Notes under the pieces: generated by a model
The model's input: the letters and a program-made list of their open reading frames with translations, nothing else
Told to the model about the DNA's origin: nothing
The model's database searches: none
Origin: Escherichia phage vB_EcoM_PHB13
Sequence record: MK573636
DNA: 64,000 nucleotides
Direction: 5' to 3' (one strand)
Program-made: the position numbers and the translations under genes
In this document: piece by piece, positions 47,589 through 58,209 of the stretch
Layout of the letters: every line of letters starts with the position of its first letter
Position numbering within the stretch: the stretch's first letter is position 1

Positions 47589-48245
47589 TTATCTAATCCT
47601 TCCGAGGATTCTGGCAGATTGATTGCAAAGAGTATCTAAATTCTCAATGTCAATATCCGGTTTATTCTTCCATGAAATGGCGATACTACCAGAATAGACA
47701 TTATCGAGATTGAATATAGGACAAGAATACATGAAACCTATATCGATATTCTCTAATTTCTTTTCTCTTGATGGAATATACTGGAAATCTTTATCGGTAA
47801 AATATGATTTACCTAAAAGATGCCTACGATATTCTTCACTCGTTTTATTGATAGGGAATCCGCCTAAATTTTTTTCATCGATTGTGTGTGGTAGCTTTCC
47901 TTCATATGCCACCAAATCAACAAAATAGTTTAGGTTTTTCGGACGAAAACTAAAAACAGCAGAAAAATCGGCATCAGCCGACACATGAACTATCTGTAAC
48001 TGCTCCTGTGCTGCATTATCAAAATTGCGGTCTTTCTCTACCTGGAGAATGTGAGCATAAGTCTCATAACGAGTCTCTTTATAAAGCGCAAATAACTCGT
48101 TTTTACTATAAACGACAAATGCCAATATGGACAACACGACGGCAGCAAAAACACGAAGTACGAGCAACTCCGTGCTTTTAGTTGTGAAAATAGCGCGCAG
48201 GACATTTGAGATAGCAAAGTCTTTCCCTTTTTCAGAAACTTGCAT
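47589..48245 (-). CDS. t: holin
   Basis: 218 aa; strong similarity to T4 holin T (LEQLQIVHVSADADFSAVFSFRPKNLNYFVDLVAYEGKLP), one N-terminal TM. Confidence 0.85.
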   Translation of the reverse strand: MQVSEKGKDFAISNVLRAIFTTKSTELLVLRVFAAVVLSILAFVVYSKNELFALYKETRYETYAHILQVEKDRNFDNAAQEQLQIVHVSADADFSAVFSFRPKNLNYFVDLVAYEGKLPHTIDEKNLGGFPINKTSEEYRRHLLGKSYFTDKDFQYIPSREKKLENIDIGFMYSCPIFNLDNVYSGSIAISWKNKPDIDIENLDTLCNQSARILGRIR

Positions 48246-48278
48246 ATAATGCCCTAAGATAACTATGACAGTGTACTC

Positions 48279-48518
48279 TTATTTAGGTAGTTGACTATCA
48301 CTAGGTTTATCTTGCTCGTTACTATCTTCTGACTGATCTTTATTAAACTCCTTATAAAGTTCTTCCACAAAACGATCATCAATTGGCGTATTGGTATAAG
48401 CCGCAAGACGACGAGCGCAATAGAAGAAAATTTTAGTGAGCATCTTTTCACTAATTAACTTTGACAATAATTTCATTCCGAAATTAGACAAAGCACCAAT
48501 GACGATATTATAGACCAT
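48279..48518 (-). CDS. hypothetical protein between gene 37 and holin (the T4 gp38 position; not gp38-like)
   Basis: ORF track; SD AAGGAGA. Confidence 0.4.
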   Translation of the reverse strand: MVYNIVIGALSNFGMKLLSKLISEKMLTKIFFYCARRLAAYTNTPIDDRFVEELYKEFNKDQSEDSNEQDKPSDSQLPK

Positions 48519-48558
48519 AGCCGTTTCTCCTTAGTAGTTCCCTTCCCTGGGATTTTCC

Positions 48559-51477
48559 TTAATTCTTTTTAAGTTCCGCTAGTTCAGCTTTAACGGCTTT
48601 CAATTCTTCGCTCATTTCCTGAAACGCCTTAATTAAAAGAGCGTTGACAGCAGAGTTAGAAATTGTTAAGATCTCTTCTGGTTTATCTGGATCGCCGATC
48701 TTAGAAGTTGTTACTGCTTCCGGCAATTCTTTTTCAAGATCCTGAGCAATAATACCAACTTCATGAGCGATAACAGTGCGGTCCGTCAAAGACTTAACCT
48801 TATCGTAGGTGTACACAGTCAAGCGATTAACTTTATCGGTGGCATTCTCCTTATACTCTTCCTTGTTGATTTTCAGACGAGCATCAGAACGAATATACAC
48901 ATCGTTAAACGAACCGTTACGTCCTGCCGACATGTCACCGGTGGCGCTAAAGTCAAAGTTGGCGTCATTAACGTTTAGGCGTGCTATAGCATTACCTATA
49001 GTGCCGCCAGGAACGTGTACACCCATTGCCGCAATATGATATTTTCCCCAATGAGTCGCTTTCCAGATGTTATGAGCGGAATCGGTTGATTGAGGACAGT
49101 CTACGAGGATTCCGGCAGAACGATCACGCCAGCTAGCCCAGCTACCACCAGCAACACTACCACGAATCAAACCTTTATCAGATCCGCCGACGCTACCAGA
49201 TTCCAACTGGATCATTTTATCTGCAAATTTCCACACCTGGGCTTGTTTCTGACCACGGAAGCGAATAACACCAGCATCATCGCAGTACATCAAGCCTAAC
49301 TCTAAACCGTTCGGATCTCTAAACCAGATGTGCTTATTGCCAGTACGACGAAAATCAATATCAGAACCGCCCAAAATAATATTACCGCCAGTGGTAATTG
49401 CTTGCGGCCTAAGAGTACCGTTGATGGCAAACTCGATTAATTCAGTACCCGGACCGCCAGGTCGGTGGGTATACCAATGCCACCCGCTTTCATCACCGCA
49501 TTCAAATATTTGTTTACGACTATCGTTACCCCATACACGTAGAGTAAACGTAGATGCGGCGGTCCCTTTACCCCATTTAATTTGACCAGCAGATTCCAAA
49601 TCACCGAAGAATTTAGTTTTAATCGCACCAGTTGATAAAGTACGTTCAGTGGTGAAGTGTGCACCCATGCTATCGTCAAGCTGTAAGATGTTATCACGCG
49701 CGTTATTGCTATCGCCCCAATGGTTAAACCGGAAGTAGTCGCGGGAATTTAATCGCCCAGCGTCGAAAGTCAAATGCCCTTTCTTAATGTAAACGTCATT
49801 ACTAAAGCGAGCGGCACGAGAAGCACGTTCTAACGTTAATGCTTCTTCGTTACCATCACCGCCTAATTGAACGTTACCGGAAGTTAAATCATAAATGAAT
49901 GGACGATAGCTATTCCATCCACCAAAACGATCATTTTCGGCAGTAGAAAGAAGATAAACTTTAGTGCCGTCATTACGCCAGAATGCACCGTAATTACCAA
50001 AGATCATACGGTATGCATTAGAGTTAGCGGAATAATATTGTCCGTTGGTATATACAATTTTTGTTTTTCCTACCGACAGCGTAACCTGACCAGTATCATC
50101 CAGTCTTAATGAGTTAGTACCTTCCGTTAATTCATTTACTAACTGTACGGTGTTAGTAGTAGCGTCACCATACCCTAGATAACCTTGACGGCGGTTAGCA
50201 CCGGAACGATAATCATAAAATTCTAGGTAATTACTTTGTCCGTCTCTACGCTCCATTCTGATAGCGTTATTTCCCTTAACGAAAAGACGATTTACAGTAA
50301 CCCCATTAAAATCAATTTTTAGTTGGTCTGACTGATCAGTAACGCCAGTAGCTAAACGATATACGCCACCCTCGACAACCTCATGCCATATTGTTTCTGC
50401 GGATTTGCTACGAAACTTACGAAGATATTTTTTATTGCTATCAGTCGAGTTATTCAAGCTGATAATATCATACGTTCCTTGACCGTTATTATCAAACATC
50501 AACGTTCCGGCTTTGTTTTCGGTGTTGAACATGGTAATAACACGAGCATCAAATTTAGTTCCGGTTTCTGGTTTAGTCGCCGAAAATTCAGGAACATCGT
50601 GAACAGTCAATGCAACATCAACAGTTTTTCCAAACTCTACAATAACGTTATCAGTGAAGCGACCATAGTTAACATAAATGTCATAGTTATCACCGGAAGT
50701 ATTAATTGCAAATACTTCATGGACGTTCAAAGAATTTCGACGATATGCAGCAATACTAACGCCTTTAGGGTTATTATTACCACTACGAATCACAATTTCA
50801 AGGAAATCCACCTGATCGTAGGAGTTAACATTAAATCCGTTCCCACCATAGATTCGCAGAAACGCCATCCGACCACTCTGCGGGATCATTGCGGATGCAA
50901 TTTTAAAATAACCACGGGTTGCTCCACCAGAAGGAGTAGACATTTTAACGTTCTTAACAAACATACGGTCAATTTCTTGTTTGCTATAGACGTTCAATTC
51001 TGAGGGAGTAGGTTTATCACCTTCGTGATACATGCGAAAGCTGAATCTCTTGTTACCATCCTTATCAAAGCCATAGGTTTTAACCTGAGAGGAACTAGAA
51101 CCATATTGAAATTCGAACCCGCGACCGTGTGCTTTACCGCTGGGATGAGGAATGTTCAGAATCAAGTTAGACCAATCATCAGCATTATTCGGTCGAAACG
51201 CACCAAAATAATTAAGATCTCGCGCGGTTTGGTCTTCAAAATAATTAGCGGTTTTACTTAAAATATAATTATTTCCTTTAACCTTACCCGCCATTGTAAC
51301 ATCGCTGTCATAAACCGGAGGACAACTTAAATTGATAATAGCACCGGAATCATTTTTAGTAAGAAGATATTGATCCGCAAGGTTGATTGCCAATTCCCCC
51401 GGATTCATCGTACTAGCATCCGGTCGACGACCTTTAGTGCTAGTGCGTTTAAATTGGATTCTGCTTAAATCTGCCAT
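48559..51477 (-). CDS. 37: long tail fibre distal subunit gp37 with C-terminal intramolecular chaperone-like domain
   Basis: N-terminus MADLSRIQFKRTSTKGRRPDAS...GELAINLAD resembles T4 gp37; C-terminal coiled-coil tail ...AVKAELAELKKN. Confidence 0.8.
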   Translation of the reverse strand: MADLSRIQFKRTSTKGRRPDASTMNPGELAINLADQYLLTKNDSGAIINLSCPPVYDSDVTMAGKVKGNNYILSKTANYFEDQTARDLNYFGAFRPNNADDWSNLILNIPHPSGKAHGRGFEFQYGSSSSQVKTYGFDKDGNKRFSFRMYHEGDKPTPSELNVYSKQEIDRMFVKNVKMSTPSGGATRGYFKIASAMIPQSGRMAFLRIYGGNGFNVNSYDQVDFLEIVIRSGNNNPKGVSIAAYRRNSLNVHEVFAINTSGDNYDIYVNYGRFTDNVIVEFGKTVDVALTVHDVPEFSATKPETGTKFDARVITMFNTENKAGTLMFDNNGQGTYDIISLNNSTDSNKKYLRKFRSKSAETIWHEVVEGGVYRLATGVTDQSDQLKIDFNGVTVNRLFVKGNNAIRMERRDGQSNYLEFYDYRSGANRRQGYLGYGDATTNTVQLVNELTEGTNSLRLDDTGQVTLSVGKTKIVYTNGQYYSANSNAYRMIFGNYGAFWRNDGTKVYLLSTAENDRFGGWNSYRPFIYDLTSGNVQLGGDGNEEALTLERASRAARFSNDVYIKKGHLTFDAGRLNSRDYFRFNHWGDSNNARDNILQLDDSMGAHFTTERTLSTGAIKTKFFGDLESAGQIKWGKGTAASTFTLRVWGNDSRKQIFECGDESGWHWYTHRPGGPGTELIEFAINGTLRPQAITTGGNIILGGSDIDFRRTGNKHIWFRDPNGLELGLMYCDDAGVIRFRGQKQAQVWKFADKMIQLESGSVGGSDKGLIRGSVAGGSWASWRDRSAGILVDCPQSTDSAHNIWKATHWGKYHIAAMGVHVPGGTIGNAIARLNVNDANFDFSATGDMSAGRNGSFNDVYIRSDARLKINKEEYKENATDKVNRLTVYTYDKVKSLTDRTVIAHEVGIIAQDLEKELPEAVTTSKIGDPDKPEEILTISNSAVNALLIKAFQEMSEELKAVKAELAELKKN

Positions 51478-51522
51478 TTTATAAAATCCTTAAACGGTTA
51501 TTAGAATAATATTATTTAGAAA

Positions 51523-51543
51523 AGCGGGGAGATAATCCCCGCT
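51523..51543 (-). terminator. terminator hairpin AGCGGGGA-ttatc-TCCCCGCT downstream of gene 36 (minus-strand sense)
   Basis: read directly. Confidence 0.4.
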
Positions 51544-51547
51544 AAAA

Positions 51548-53038
51548 TTAGAAAGTACCAAAATCAATCACCGCATTAAGTGGAACTGCGCCAACATCAG
51601 CCGGAGTAGGTTTATTGCCTTCATGATAAAGCTGATAGCGGTCCACGGTTTGAGTATTGTTTCTAGAACGGAAAAACACGACCTTTGAGTCGTGGGTGAT
51701 CCCCAGCTTTTCGGTCCCTTTAATATCACTAATACGGTGAATCATAGCAGTACCATCAGCACCGCTTAACGCCGCATAACAGTTATCCCCGTTATAGTTA
51801 GTTTTAGCTGTTCTAACACCGTTTGCAGCCGGAACAGTTAACGGTCCTGTCATGGTATCGCCAGTTACGTTAACATAGCGAATATCGGCTAATTTACGGT
51901 GATCTACATAGTTCCATGCAGTCCATGATTCATTAGAACACGAACGCCAGCACATCGGATGATCAATAGATTCAGGATAATACACCTGAACAATTCGACG
52001 AGTACCGACCGCATCTTCTGGGCGATATACCATCAAAACGCCGTTATAATAACTATCAGACGGTTTATTAGTACCCGACCCAGCATTTTCCACACGATAG
52101 ATACCGCGATTAATAAGAGTGTTCCAATCAACGTTTCCAATGATGGTTGGATTTGCTACCATTGATTTTCTCTCAAAGTAGCTCAAACGAACCAATTCAT
52201 TAGGACCAGCAGGATCGTTTGTCGCCAACATTCTAGGCGCTTGCAAGTTACCTTCCATAATATCACCAGCACGTTTAACCTGTGCATCATTGGTGACATT
52301 GCCTAGCCCAACATCGGCTTTAGTTGGTTTATTGTTGGTGTGATAAAAACGACCTTCTCTGCCATTAACAAAAATGGTAGGCTCATCTTTACTTCGGAAT
52401 ACCAACGTATCAAGAACGTTACCATAATAGATCTTAGTCGCATCAAAATTAATTAAATCACGTTCCCTTGCAATTAATTTCGAATCAACCGATAGTTTAA
52501 CAGTGACAGTGTTTAAATTATATGTTCCTGTGAGAGTATCACCGCGACGAGACACCAAATCTAAATCATTATTCGTTGGTTTATTAACAGGGCTATAGAC
52601 GCGTTGACCTGTGTCTTTAATGGTTGTCCCTTCGATAGTCCCTTTAGACTTAAATTCGCCCGTTGTGGTGTCAATATACGCCATAATAACGCCATCACGG
52701 GCATTAACAAAGCCGATTGACTTCCATGAATGCAAACCCCAGCTTACGCCGTCAAAATTAGCGGCATCACTCTGGCCTTTAAAGATACCATTCTTTTTGG
52801 TTTCTCCAGCCGATGCGCTACCTACGCTTAAACCTTCCTCGAAATGAACTTGCTTTTGAAATGTGCCACCTTCGGATGCACTAACAGCATCAAAATCGGT
52901 AGCCGAAGGTCTATCAAAAGCGGTATAGATTTTATGACCTTTGTAGAAAAGCTGGTCCCCCGCTGGCTGGATCGTCAAGTTTCCTTGCGTCCAAATGGGA
53001 GATCCGCCTACAGTAGATCCATATTTCAAATCTGCCAT
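51548..53038 (-). CDS. 36: long tail fibre subunit gp36
   Basis: N-terminus MADLKYGSTVGGSPIWTQGN resembles T4 gp36; candidate late promoter TATAAATA upstream. Confidence 0.6.
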   Translation of the reverse strand: MADLKYGSTVGGSPIWTQGNLTIQPAGDQLFYKGHKIYTAFDRPSATDFDAVSASEGGTFQKQVHFEEGLSVGSASAGETKKNGIFKGQSDAANFDGVSWGLHSWKSIGFVNARDGVIMAYIDTTTGEFKSKGTIEGTTIKDTGQRVYSPVNKPTNNDLDLVSRRGDTLTGTYNLNTVTVKLSVDSKLIARERDLINFDATKIYYGNVLDTLVFRSKDEPTIFVNGREGRFYHTNNKPTKADVGLGNVTNDAQVKRAGDIMEGNLQAPRMLATNDPAGPNELVRLSYFERKSMVANPTIIGNVDWNTLINRGIYRVENAGSGTNKPSDSYYNGVLMVYRPEDAVGTRRIVQVYYPESIDHPMCWRSCSNESWTAWNYVDHRKLADIRYVNVTGDTMTGPLTVPAANGVRTAKTNYNGDNCYAALSGADGTAMIHRISDIKGTEKLGITHDSKVVFFRSRNNTQTVDRYQLYHEGNKPTPADVGAVPLNAVIDFGTF

Positions 53039-53207
53039 AAAGTAACCTCAAAAATTAGTTATAGTTCCGAGTATTTATAGAATGTTAACAAAATATCGCT
53101 TCGCGACGTGCCGTAGGCACTGACTAATTTTTAACCGAAACAAACTTTTCTATATTCTAAAGATCTTTCTTCGTTTTGGTTACATTTTAACCAACTGTAT
53201 AAAAATA

Positions 53208-53230
53208 AAGCCGACCACATGGATCGGCTT
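53208..53230 (-). terminator. terminator hairpin downstream of gene 35 (inverted copy of the 43282 hairpin)
   Basis: read directly. Confidence 0.4.
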
Positions 53231-53240
53231 GTAAAAAATG

Positions 53241-54380
53241 TTAATCAACATCGAACTCTTTAAAGTTGTTGGATGTGATGTGTTTATTATCTCTGGGTAG
53301 TTTAAGAAGACTCATTACAGGGTTAGTAAAATCACCGTTATCCTGAATATGAGTTGTTCTAACACCATTAACACCAAATGAAGTAGGACCAGTAGTTTTG
53401 ACGACTCCACTGATCGGCGTTATTAGTATGTTTCTAATTTTAACAATACCTTCATTGGAGTTGGTTGGATATCTGATACAACCAGTTACTACACTATCGA
53501 CACCTTCCGGTACTGTATAGACTGCTTCAAACTTTTCCCATTGGTCTTTTTTGCTGGCATTGTATCTAACACCAGTTTTATATTGTCCATCGGTGAAGTA
53601 GTTGTGATAGAAACGCGCTGTTACGTTGGCTGCGGCTGCGGCACTATCACGGAACAATTCAAAGGATATTGATAGTTTGTCACCTGCCTTTATGTTAAAA
53701 TCTTCAAGTGGTGCGCTGATCTCATCGTGAGGCCATTGTATTAGCTCGAAATGTTCGGCATCTTCGCTAACATACTCAACCGGATAATCTAAAAATCGTT
53801 GTGGTGTTCCTGTTATAGCAAGATCATCTATAGTATCATAGACTTTCTCAATTTGTATAGATGAATCTTGTCCTTCCCCGTGAGTTGCTTGCATCCCTTC
53901 GCACACAATTTTACCCATTTTAGTAGAATAAATTGCTGCATATGATACACGAGGCATTTGCTGTAACAAAATGTGATTCGGGAATGATACCGATCCCATC
54001 TTAGAAAATACAACATCACTTATCGGATCTGCAAACAATTCTCCATGAGTTGCCATCGCAATGATATAATCACCTTTCAGCAAAGAAAGATAATCACGCA
54101 TTGCCAAAACAGCACCGCGACCATAGAATACCTTTTCTTCGTGTAGTTGTCCAGTTGGAGTAAGAACTTTAAAATTTAGGCCATTTTCATAGCCAGTGCC
54201 AACGATATCCACTCCATTAAATCTAATCCTTGCTGGTTTGGTAGAATCCGCATTAGATCCGCGCACTTCCAGCTTATACATCACAGAGTTATTTTCTGAA
54301 ATGCTGGTAAATGTCGCAGAGTCTTCGTCGAAATGCGCAAACCTAATTCCAGTGTTGCGTAATTCTATATCTTGTGTCAT
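53241..54380 (-). CDS. 35: long tail fibre hinge subunit gp35
   Basis: size and position between 34 and 36. Confidence 0.6.
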   Translation of the reverse strand: MTQDIELRNTGIRFAHFDEDSATFTSISENNSVMYKLEVRGSNADSTKPARIRFNGVDIVGTGYENGLNFKVLTPTGQLHEEKVFYGRGAVLAMRDYLSLLKGDYIIAMATHGELFADPISDVVFSKMGSVSFPNHILLQQMPRVSYAAIYSTKMGKIVCEGMQATHGEGQDSSIQIEKVYDTIDDLAITGTPQRFLDYPVEYVSEDAEHFELIQWPHDEISAPLEDFNIKAGDKLSISFELFRDSAAAAANVTARFYHNYFTDGQYKTGVRYNASKKDQWEKFEAVYTVPEGVDSVVTGCIRYPTNSNEGIVKIRNILITPISGVVKTTGPTSFGVNGVRTTHIQDNGDFTNPVMSLLKLPRDNKHITSNNFKEFDVD

Positions 54381-54391
54381 AATAACCCCAT

Positions 54392-54414
54392 AGGGGGGCT
54401 TTCGCCCCCCCCTT
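54392..54414 (-). other. G/C-rich intercistronic hairpin (GGGGGGG-cgaaag-CCCCCC) between gene 34 stop and gene 35 start
   Basis: read directly. Confidence 0.35.
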
Positions 54415-54417
54415 TAA

Positions 54418-57400
54418 TTAGTCTTCCCAGATAAAGTCTACGGTACGAGTCAGATTATTGGCGATGATTTTAACATTACCAACTTTGATCCAATCACGAA
54501 CCGTCATAGAGTTCATTAAACCACCTTCTGCAACTACTGCCCCGATTTCCTGAGCTGTAGGCTTATTCTGTTTGGTGTAAATTTCACCCCATGCGGTCCA
54601 TTGACCACCAGTACCGGAACGGATATAATGTTTATGAGTACCATCAGGGGACCAAAGCTGGGTAAGCCCGTCCGCGTCAGTACCCCATTGCATCAGAGTA
54701 CCGTTTTTCTTCTCTGGATAAGTTTCTTTGATGTTCTGGGTAGTAACTCGCATATTCCAGAAACCGATGTTACCGATTGCTGGAGCGGTTGCCGCGCTAG
54801 CTTCATGCTTAACAGAAACAATAGGCGCATTATCCATAGTCAGCTTACCGACCATTGTATCGCCAGCATTCTTAACAAACTGACGGTTAAGAACTTCGTC
54901 AGCGTTTCCTGCGTGTACGATCTGATATTTCTGTCCGGCGATCTCTGTAGTTAACGTTTGATGACCTGCCTTGATGTTAACACTTCCACCGTGCCCGATA
55001 TTCAGCATACCATCTGGGGAACGAGTCATTGCCGGATTAGACTGGTCAACAATGTATAAACCGCCTTGTTTCGCATACAGGTTACGACCTGCAATAAAGT
55101 CTCTATATGCTGTCGCGTCGCCATTGTGTTTCATAGCAAAGGCGTAATGCTCGACGACTCCACCATCATTGATTTTACCGAAAGCGATAGCATCACTATC
55201 AACAACTTGCGCTGTTCCAGTACCACCAACGATAATAGACCATGAGTTTTTCATGCCTTCCGATGCGGTTGTGCCATGCAGAGTAATTCCGGTGTGTCCG
55301 TCAACTCCACGCTCACCCAACACCAGATGACCATTACTCGGATCATCAGTAGAGTTCTTAGTCACAGACAGAGTTTCAAAGGAACCAGATTTTAAGCACT
55401 CTAAATCGCCCTTCACGTTAACGTTTTTATTAAACGTGTAATTGCTCTCTATGGTCTGGTCAATGTCTCTACGCGCCCATTTAGCGGCCTCTACGTTACC
55501 CAATTTCAAACTATTCTGAGCGGTTGCCATCTTAGGTAAGAAATTAGCAAGTGCGTAGTTTAATCCTTTAGGGGTAACAGCAATTCCGTCATGCTGGTAG
55601 TTTCCTAGTTCTTGAGTAGAACCTTGCAGATTATCACCAACAAAACAGTTTTCCTGAGTAGCAACTTTCAAGAATCCACGACGCGCTTCTGTTGCTTTCC
55701 ATGTATCCTCTGTCTGAACAACATATTTGAAGTTCTTCGGAGAAATTGCTACATTAGCCAGTGTACCAGCCACGGTTTCGGCTTGAGTACCAACTCGGAT
55801 AATACCTTCTTTACCTTCGGTGGCTTTTTTGCCTTGTAGCTTTTTAGGCGTGATGATTGTAGTATCATCTTGACCAGCATCCGTAAGCTGAGTAGTAGCA
55901 ACTTTAGCGACACCTTTTGTGTCTTCGGTTGCATCCAGACCGCTGATCATGATACCTTGCCACAAATCACCAGTAAGGTTAAGCCCCTGAGTCGGATCTA
56001 CTTTCAAACGCTGTGCATTCTCAAAGAAGGTTTTAATCTTCAATGGGGTAGAAATGCGAGCATCGTCAAGACCTGCGTCAAACTCCGGTTGAGTTGCAAT
56101 TTCTGCTAAACCATGTAAAGTTTCCGTTGCGCGGCGAGTATGCAGCTTTTTAGGCGTGATGATATGGTTATCACTTTGACCTAAGTTTGTTTCTTCCTGA
56201 GTTGCAATTTCAGCGATACCAGTGCGCGATTCTGTAGCAGTACGTTTCGTTAGCGTGCGAGTCGTGATTAGTAAAGCATCTTGCGGGGTTGATTCTGTAG
56301 CCCCTTGCACTTCCGCGTCAGTTGCCAGATAGCCAACACCACGGGAAGTTTCGGTCGCCTTGACTTCGTTGATGTTTTGTGGCGTAACAATTTTAGCATG
56401 GTCGTTGATGTTATAGATCCCTGTACCAGCTTCGCCACGTCGAGCGGCAGCACTACCGCCAACCTGAACAATTTCAGCAATACCAGCGAGATCTTCGGAA
56501 GCGCGACGTTCTTCTAATTTCTTAGGAGTTATTGCGCGAGTATCGTCTAAACCTTCGTTGGTTTCATGTTGAGTTGCAATTTCCATCACACCACGACGGG
56601 CTTCGGTAGCAACACAATCATTTAACTTTTTAGGCGTAACGATAACATCATCCAGGAAGCTGGAACCAGTATCTTGATGCGTTTCCGCTTGAGTCGCAAT
56701 GCGAGCAATACCGCGTCGAGTTTCGTTGGCGGTTTTATTAGCCAGCATTTTTGGTGTTACCGCAACTTCGTCGCTAGGATTCTCTTCATGATTTTTATTC
56801 GTTTCAGTCTGGGTAGCCAGTGCAATTACACCAACACGATCTTTACGAGTCGGATCTACTCGTTCTACAATCGGGTGAGCATGTGCCACCAACCAGTATT
56901 TCTTACCATCATCAACTTCTGAATAAGAGAACTCCAGATAAGGTACATAATCATTTGCAGCGTTGAAAGACAATTCAGACACTCCCGTCCATGTATCGGT
57001 CCCATTGAATGGGTACTCGCTACGCTTAGGAAACTGAACCATGTTTTTCTGAATAAGGATTTTTGTATCCTCTGTGGCGGTGATAATACGGCAATTCTGG
57101 TTTCCTTGCATATACTGCATAGAAACTTGAATACGATCACCCTGCTCGACATTGGTCGGCAGCGTCAGAGTAACATCACGATCACCAAATACAGCAACAT
57201 AGCTATTAGGTTGCAAGCGAGTGTCATCGATGATCGGTTTAAGACGAACAGACTGATCACCATCCCACAAACGCCATAAGTTTTCCGTCTTGTCAAAGAT
57301 GAATACACCATGACCGCTACGCTTACCGATAATCTCTTTTAGACCGGACGTGCCAATTGATTGTTCTTCTGCGTGCTCATGAACTTTAACCGTAACGTGG

Positions 57401-58158
57401 TTGGTTGCGGTTAATCCGTCAAGGTCTGTAGTCTGGATCATGTCGCCATTGTTGGCAAACTTAGGAAGCACTAAGGTAATATTACCCAACGAACTACGAC
57501 GAAATACCTGATCACCATTCTGCATTTGAATAGCATCAATCGCTGGCTGTGCGTACACACCGCGCGGCTCTGTTCCCGTCTGATAAACATGCCAACGATT
57601 CCGAACAAAGATGAAATAGTTCATTGCATACGGGGTAGTGCAATACCATTTTCGGTTATACACATTACCGTTATGGTAAAACTCATGTCCTGAACTCAAG
57701 AACGATAATTCGTTAACACCACACTTGCCACCGATATCTTTTACTGTTATAGTGTCTCCCTCTGCTGGTTTAGTTGGCATAGAGAAAGTCAAGTTTGCAA
57801 ATTGACCATCTGCTGCGATATAATCACCAGACTTTAAAGGAGTATCACCGGAAGTTGCTGCAATATAATCCCAACGTGGGTCAGTGCGCAGTGCTTGCCA
57901 TTTAGTCGGGTCAAAATCACCTGCTGGCTTTGTGATATCTTCTTTTGCATAATACGGACGGTTTTGATAGATTGTAGTTCCGTATTGATCATAACCGCGA
58001 GTTGTGTCATACTGAGTAATACCATTATGGTAATTGAAAAATTCAACGTTGACCGCATCCGTTGATGTGTTTTTATCTGCGTATGCTACATTGACGACCT
58101 TTTCATTACCAGCGTCAAAGCCAAATGTGGCCTTGAAATGTTGAGAAAAATCTGCCAT
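54418..58158 (-). CDS. 34: long tail fibre proximal subunit gp34
   Basis: 1246 aa; extensive similarity to T4 gp34 (RGIARIATQAET..., GLAEIATQPEFDAGLDDARISTPLKIKT, C-terminus VGNVKIIANNLTRTVDFIWED). Confidence 0.9.
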   Translation of the reverse strand: MADFSQHFKATFGFDAGNEKVVNVAYADKNTSTDAVNVEFFNYHNGITQYDTTRGYDQYGTTIYQNRPYYAKEDITKPAGDFDPTKWQALRTDPRWDYIAATSGDTPLKSGDYIAADGQFANLTFSMPTKPAEGDTITVKDIGGKCGVNELSFLSSGHEFYHNGNVYNRKWYCTTPYAMNYFIFVRNRWHVYQTGTEPRGVYAQPAIDAIQMQNGDQVFRRSSLGNITLVLPKFANNGDMIQTTDLDGLTATNHVTVKVHEHAEEQSIGTSGLKEIIGKRSGHGVFIFDKTENLWRLWDGDQSVRLKPIIDDTRLQPNSYVAVFGDRDVTLTLPTNVEQGDRIQVSMQYMQGNQNCRIITATEDTKILIQKNMVQFPKRSEYPFNGTDTWTGVSELSFNAANDYVPYLEFSYSEVDDGKKYWLVAHAHPIVERVDPTRKDRVGVIALATQTETNKNHEENPSDEVAVTPKMLANKTANETRRGIARIATQAETHQDTGSSFLDDVIVTPKKLNDCVATEARRGVMEIATQHETNEGLDDTRAITPKKLEERRASEDLAGIAEIVQVGGSAAARRGEAGTGIYNINDHAKIVTPQNINEVKATETSRGVGYLATDAEVQGATESTPQDALLITTRTLTKRTATESRTGIAEIATQEETNLGQSDNHIITPKKLHTRRATETLHGLAEIATQPEFDAGLDDARISTPLKIKTFFENAQRLKVDPTQGLNLTGDLWQGIMISGLDATEDTKGVAKVATTQLTDAGQDDTTIITPKKLQGKKATEGKEGIIRVGTQAETVAGTLANVAISPKNFKYVVQTEDTWKATEARRGFLKVATQENCFVGDNLQGSTQELGNYQHDGIAVTPKGLNYALANFLPKMATAQNSLKLGNVEAAKWARRDIDQTIESNYTFNKNVNVKGDLECLKSGSFETLSVTKNSTDDPSNGHLVLGERGVDGHTGITLHGTTASEGMKNSWSIIVGGTGTAQVVDSDAIAFGKINDGGVVEHYAFAMKHNGDATAYRDFIAGRNLYAKQGGLYIVDQSNPAMTRSPDGMLNIGHGGSVNIKAGHQTLTTEIAGQKYQIVHAGNADEVLNRQFVKNAGDTMVGKLTMDNAPIVSVKHEASAATAPAIGNIGFWNMRVTTQNIKETYPEKKNGTLMQWGTDADGLTQLWSPDGTHKHYIRSGTGGQWTAWGEIYTKQNKPTAQEIGAVVAEGGLMNSMTVRDWIKVGNVKIIANNLTRTVDFIWED

Positions 58159-58209
58159 TATTGGGTCTCCTGTTATAATATGAAATTATTTATTATGTGA
58201 GGTGTTGTT

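Noticed and set aside
48263-48451. 62-aa minus-strand ORF overlapping 48279..48518
   Set aside because: Alternative frame of the same region; the 79-aa ORF has the better SD (AAGGAGA) and start context.
50383-51003. 206-aa plus-strand ORF inside tail fibre gene 37
   Set aside because: Antisense to gp37, which has strong similarity to T4 gp37; likely spurious.
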